This document shows, in pieces, positions 61,186 to 64,000 of a stretch of DNA of 64,000 nt. Within the stretch, counting starts at the first letter, position 1, and each line of letters opens with the position of its first letter. A program made the position numbers and the translations under genes. This DNA is from an uncultured bacterium (GTDB taxonomy: Bacteria > Verrucomicrobiota > Verrucomicrobiia > Verrucomicrobiales > DEV007): contig CAXBMO010000002.1 of the NCBI GenBank assembly GCA_963977015.1, positions 160,001 to 224,000 on the forward strand. Direction: 5' to 3'. The notes below the pieces were generated by a model. The model did no database searches. It was not told the DNA's origin and was given only the letters and a program-made list of their open reading frames with translations.

Positions 61186-63015
61186 CTAAACTTCTTCGAT
61201 CGCCAGATACTCGTCAATCCCGTCGATGATCTCCCGAATCTTGAAGGTCAGGCCATCTGTCTTGCAGATGCTCTGAATCTTCGGATTGCAGAATCGCGAA
61301 CGCAACAACGTCGCCAACTGGCCCTGGCCGTAAAGGCCCTCGTCGTTCATCTCGACAACGAAAATGTGATTGAAGCGATCGAAAATATCACCGAGACCGG
61401 GAGCCATCGGATTCAGGTGCCGAAGGTGGACTGCACCGACTTTGTGATCATCCTTTCTCAAGCGATCAACCGCCTCGCGGACGGGACCGTAGGTCGATCC
61501 CCAACCGACCAACAGGACTTCACCATCGTTCACGCCGTAGACCTCAGGCGGAGACAGTTCCTTCTCCAAATCCCGCAATTTATTGCGGCGTCGAGCAACC
61601 ATTTGCACGTGCAGTTCGGGCTTCGCGGTGGGATGGCCCCACTCGTCATGCTCCAAACCGGTAACGACCGGGTATTTGCCACCGTCAATTCGCTTTCCTG
61701 GAGGCGCGTGCTTTGTCACTCCATCCAGCGGATACGGCTTGAATTCGTCCTCAATCGGCGTCAGATCCAAAACGGGATCAACCGTCAATTTCGCAATGTC
61801 GGGTTGCTCAAACGCTTCAATCCGGGATGCCAGAGCCTGGTCCGAAAGCACAATCACGGGAACGCTGTATTTTTTCGCAATCCGAGCGGCTTCCAGCGCG
61901 ATGTAGAAGCAATCCTCAACATCTTTCGGCGCCAAAACCACACGCGGAGTGTCGCCATGGCTGCCGTAGATCGCCTGCATCAAATCACTTTGCTCTACAC
62001 TGGTCGGAAGGCCGGTCGACGGACCGCCACGTTGCACGTTGATCACAATCAGAGGCAACTCAGCCATGGTTCCCCAACTCAAAGCTTCCATTTTGAGAGA
62101 GAGACCGGGGCCGGAACTTCCCGTGACGGCGAGGTGCCCGGAATAGGCGAATCCCAAAGCCATCGAAACTGCCGCCAACTCATCCTCGGCCTGAATAAAG
62201 GTTCCTCCATAACGAGGCAGCTCCACCCTCAACCCTTCCATGATGGAAGACCAGGGAGTAATTGGGTAACCGGCACCGTAGCGAACGCCAGCTGCGATCA
62301 GCCCTTGCGTTAGCGCCGTGTTACCGTCCGTTGCCACCCGATGTTCATCTTTCGAGTGGCCAACCTTCATGTCGAAGGCCAACTTGAGAACGTCGCCAAG
62401 CGGATAGGAAAAACCGGCATCGAAGGCCAATTCAGCGTTGCGAAGCACGGACTCATGCTTGGAACCAAACTGACGGCGAATGATCTCGAGCAACTTCGAG
62501 CGATCGAGATTGAAAATGCTGCAGATCAATCCCAGCGCGAACATGTTCTTGCCACGATCTTTGGCGGAACCTCCGATAGCCTCAACCGTCGCACTGGTAA
62601 GCGGAACGCCGACAAACGTGAACCGGGGGTCATTCTCCTTGGGCTCGACATGATCGGAATCGTAAAGACAGATGCCACCCTCACGAAGCGAATCGATGTG
62701 GTTGTCAAAGCTGTGCTGATAAAAGGCGACCAGGAAATCCGCGCGATCGCCGGAACTGAGCACTTCACCGGAAGCAAGGCGAACCTGGAAGATCGACGCG
62801 CCACCCGAAATCGTTGCCGGAATGGTCATGTAGGTCATGACATCGCGGTCGCTGCGACCGGCCAGTTTTGCGAGCATCCCGCCGATACTTTGAATCCCAT
62901 CCTGGGAATCGCCGGCAAAGCGGATTACTGCATCTTCAACTTGCTCGGTCTTGAGACCGGTGTTGCCCGCGACGATCTGCTTCGTCGGAGCTGGAGGGGT
63001 GGCGACATCGCTCAT
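61186..63015 (-). CDS. korA: 2-oxoacid:ferredoxin oxidoreductase alpha subunit (gamma-alpha fusion)
   Basis: FAGDSQDG, GYPITP, QAEDE, QRGGPSTGLPT. Confidence 0.93.
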   Translation of the reverse strand: MSDVATPPAPTKQIVAGNTGLKTEQVEDAVIRFAGDSQDGIQSIGGMLAKLAGRSDRDVMTYMTIPATISGGASIFQVRLASGEVLSSGDRADFLVAFYQHSFDNHIDSLREGGICLYDSDHVEPKENDPRFTFVGVPLTSATVEAIGGSAKDRGKNMFALGLICSIFNLDRSKLLEIIRRQFGSKHESVLRNAELAFDAGFSYPLGDVLKLAFDMKVGHSKDEHRVATDGNTALTQGLIAAGVRYGAGYPITPWSSIMEGLRVELPRYGGTFIQAEDELAAVSMALGFAYSGHLAVTGSSGPGLSLKMEALSWGTMAELPLIVINVQRGGPSTGLPTSVEQSDLMQAIYGSHGDTPRVVLAPKDVEDCFYIALEAARIAKKYSVPVIVLSDQALASRIEAFEQPDIAKLTVDPVLDLTPIEDEFKPYPLDGVTKHAPPGKRIDGGKYPVVTGLEHDEWGHPTAKPELHVQMVARRRNKLRDLEKELSPPEVYGVNDGEVLLVGWGSTYGPVREAVDRLRKDDHKVGAVHLRHLNPMAPGLGDIFDRFNHIFVVEMNDEGLYGQGQLATLLRSRFCNPKIQSICKTDGLTFKIREIIDGIDEYLAIEEV

Positions 63016-63256
63016 GGGCGGGAATCAGCGTTTGATTACGAAAATTTACGAAAAAGTTACGGGAGGGACGGGATTCATCTGCCAGCTTTTAAAATTTGGC
63101 AAGACGTTTTGGAGGCTTTTGACAGACCATTAGACGTTGCTCCGCGTTCGATATTACTTTGGCAACGTTGAAGTGCCCAAATCACCGCCGAACTGGTCCG
63201 TGGAGAAAACGCCTGAACTGGGATAACAGCTCTATCATCGGCACCAGATCAGCGCC

Positions 63257-64000
63257 TTAAGGAGTCTTTTTCGCCTCCAGTATTCGGCGAATCCGGCTTT
63301 GGTTATCTGGATGCGACGAGAACATGTAAGCCCAATTCGGCATCGAGCCATTCTCTTCCAGAACCTCAAACAAAGCTTCCGCGCCCTCGGTCTCACCATA
63401 CACTGACAACACACAGCGAAGTCCGAATTCGTCAGCGCCGGACTCCTGACCTCGGGAATACTTTGCCAACACCAAATCGGTTGGCCCCCGAGTGAACGAC
63501 TGGAGATCCGCTCCAAAAATCAGTTGAACCCCAATTCCGAATCCCAGCTTTCGCCCCAGCCCGCGCAGATGATCCCGCTGCGCAAAATGTCCCAACTCGT
63601 GAGCGAGCACAAAGGCGATGGCGATTTCTTCATCGAGAGAATTCAGCAACCCACGCGTAACTCCGATGCTGCCACCCGGAACAGCAAACGCGTTGGGAGA
63701 TAGATCGTCCAGATAGATCAACGTGTAGTCGATCTGAGGAACCTCTTCGTAACTTTGCAGCTTTTCGAGAACGGCCTCACAACGGGCGAATTTTTCTTTC
63801 TGCGAATCGGGAATCTTCGCGCCTGCCACGATTCCATTTTCGGAGCCCCCAAACAATTGCTGTTCGCGTTGCGGCGAAACCTTGGACACCACGACTTCCG
63901 TGATTCCGACAACGAGGAAATAGATGATCGTAAGCGCAAGCGCCACAAGCACGGCCAACGTGCCGATCTCTTTGACGAGTCCCCGGTCTCCGCCCCCACT
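63257..64000 (-). CDS. M48 family metallopeptidase (5' end outside the window)
   Basis: NAFAVPGG, LAHELGH, ESGAD, SSHP; the frame stays open to the window edge. Confidence 0.9.
   Translation of the reverse strand, partial: SGGGDRGLVKEIGTLAVLVALALTIIYFLVVGITEVVVSKVSPQREQQLFGGSENGIVAGAKIPDSQKEKFARCEAVLEKLQSYEEVPQIDYTLIYLDDLSPNAFAVPGGSIGVTRGLLNSLDEEIAIAFVLAHELGHFAQRDHLRGLGRKLGFGIGVQLIFGADLQSFTRGPTDLVLAKYSRGQESGADEFGLRCVLSVYGETEGAEALFEVLEENGSMPNWAYMFSSHPDNQSRIRRILEAKKTP

Noticed and set aside
63168-63234. TTGAAGTG...GCTCTA upstream of korA as a third element copy
   Set aside because: The flanking TIR positions and internal sequence do not match.

Overview
A 64-kb chromosomal window of moderately high GC. 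Gene content suggests a PVC-superphylum bacterium, most likely Verrucomicrobiota (inference from the DUF1592/DUF1552 pair, a PVC-type heme-c dehydrogenase, an extra-long GreA and a TIGR04073-like protein). It is mostly housekeeping and metabolic genes (eno-ftsB, greA, metG, ppk2, tkt, rplM-rpsI, fhs, fabF, korAB). It also holds a gpgS-GT4-HAD compatible-solute operon, a creD operon preceded by four phased TTCAC 'cre-tag' repeats, tandem M60 peptidases and a peptidoglycan-remodelling cluster. I saw no rRNA, tRNA, CRISPR array, transposase or integrase. The most unusual observation is non-coding: a small element with terminal inverted repeats (TIRs), MITE-like and ending in GCTCTA, present twice. 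The copy at about 16361-16496 is empty (~136 bp). The copy at about 59196-60220 encloses a complete integron gene cassette: a GTTCTGA core site, an LRR-like gene and a 60-bp attC, with no integrase in the window. All family assignments come from motif recognition by eye, not database searches.
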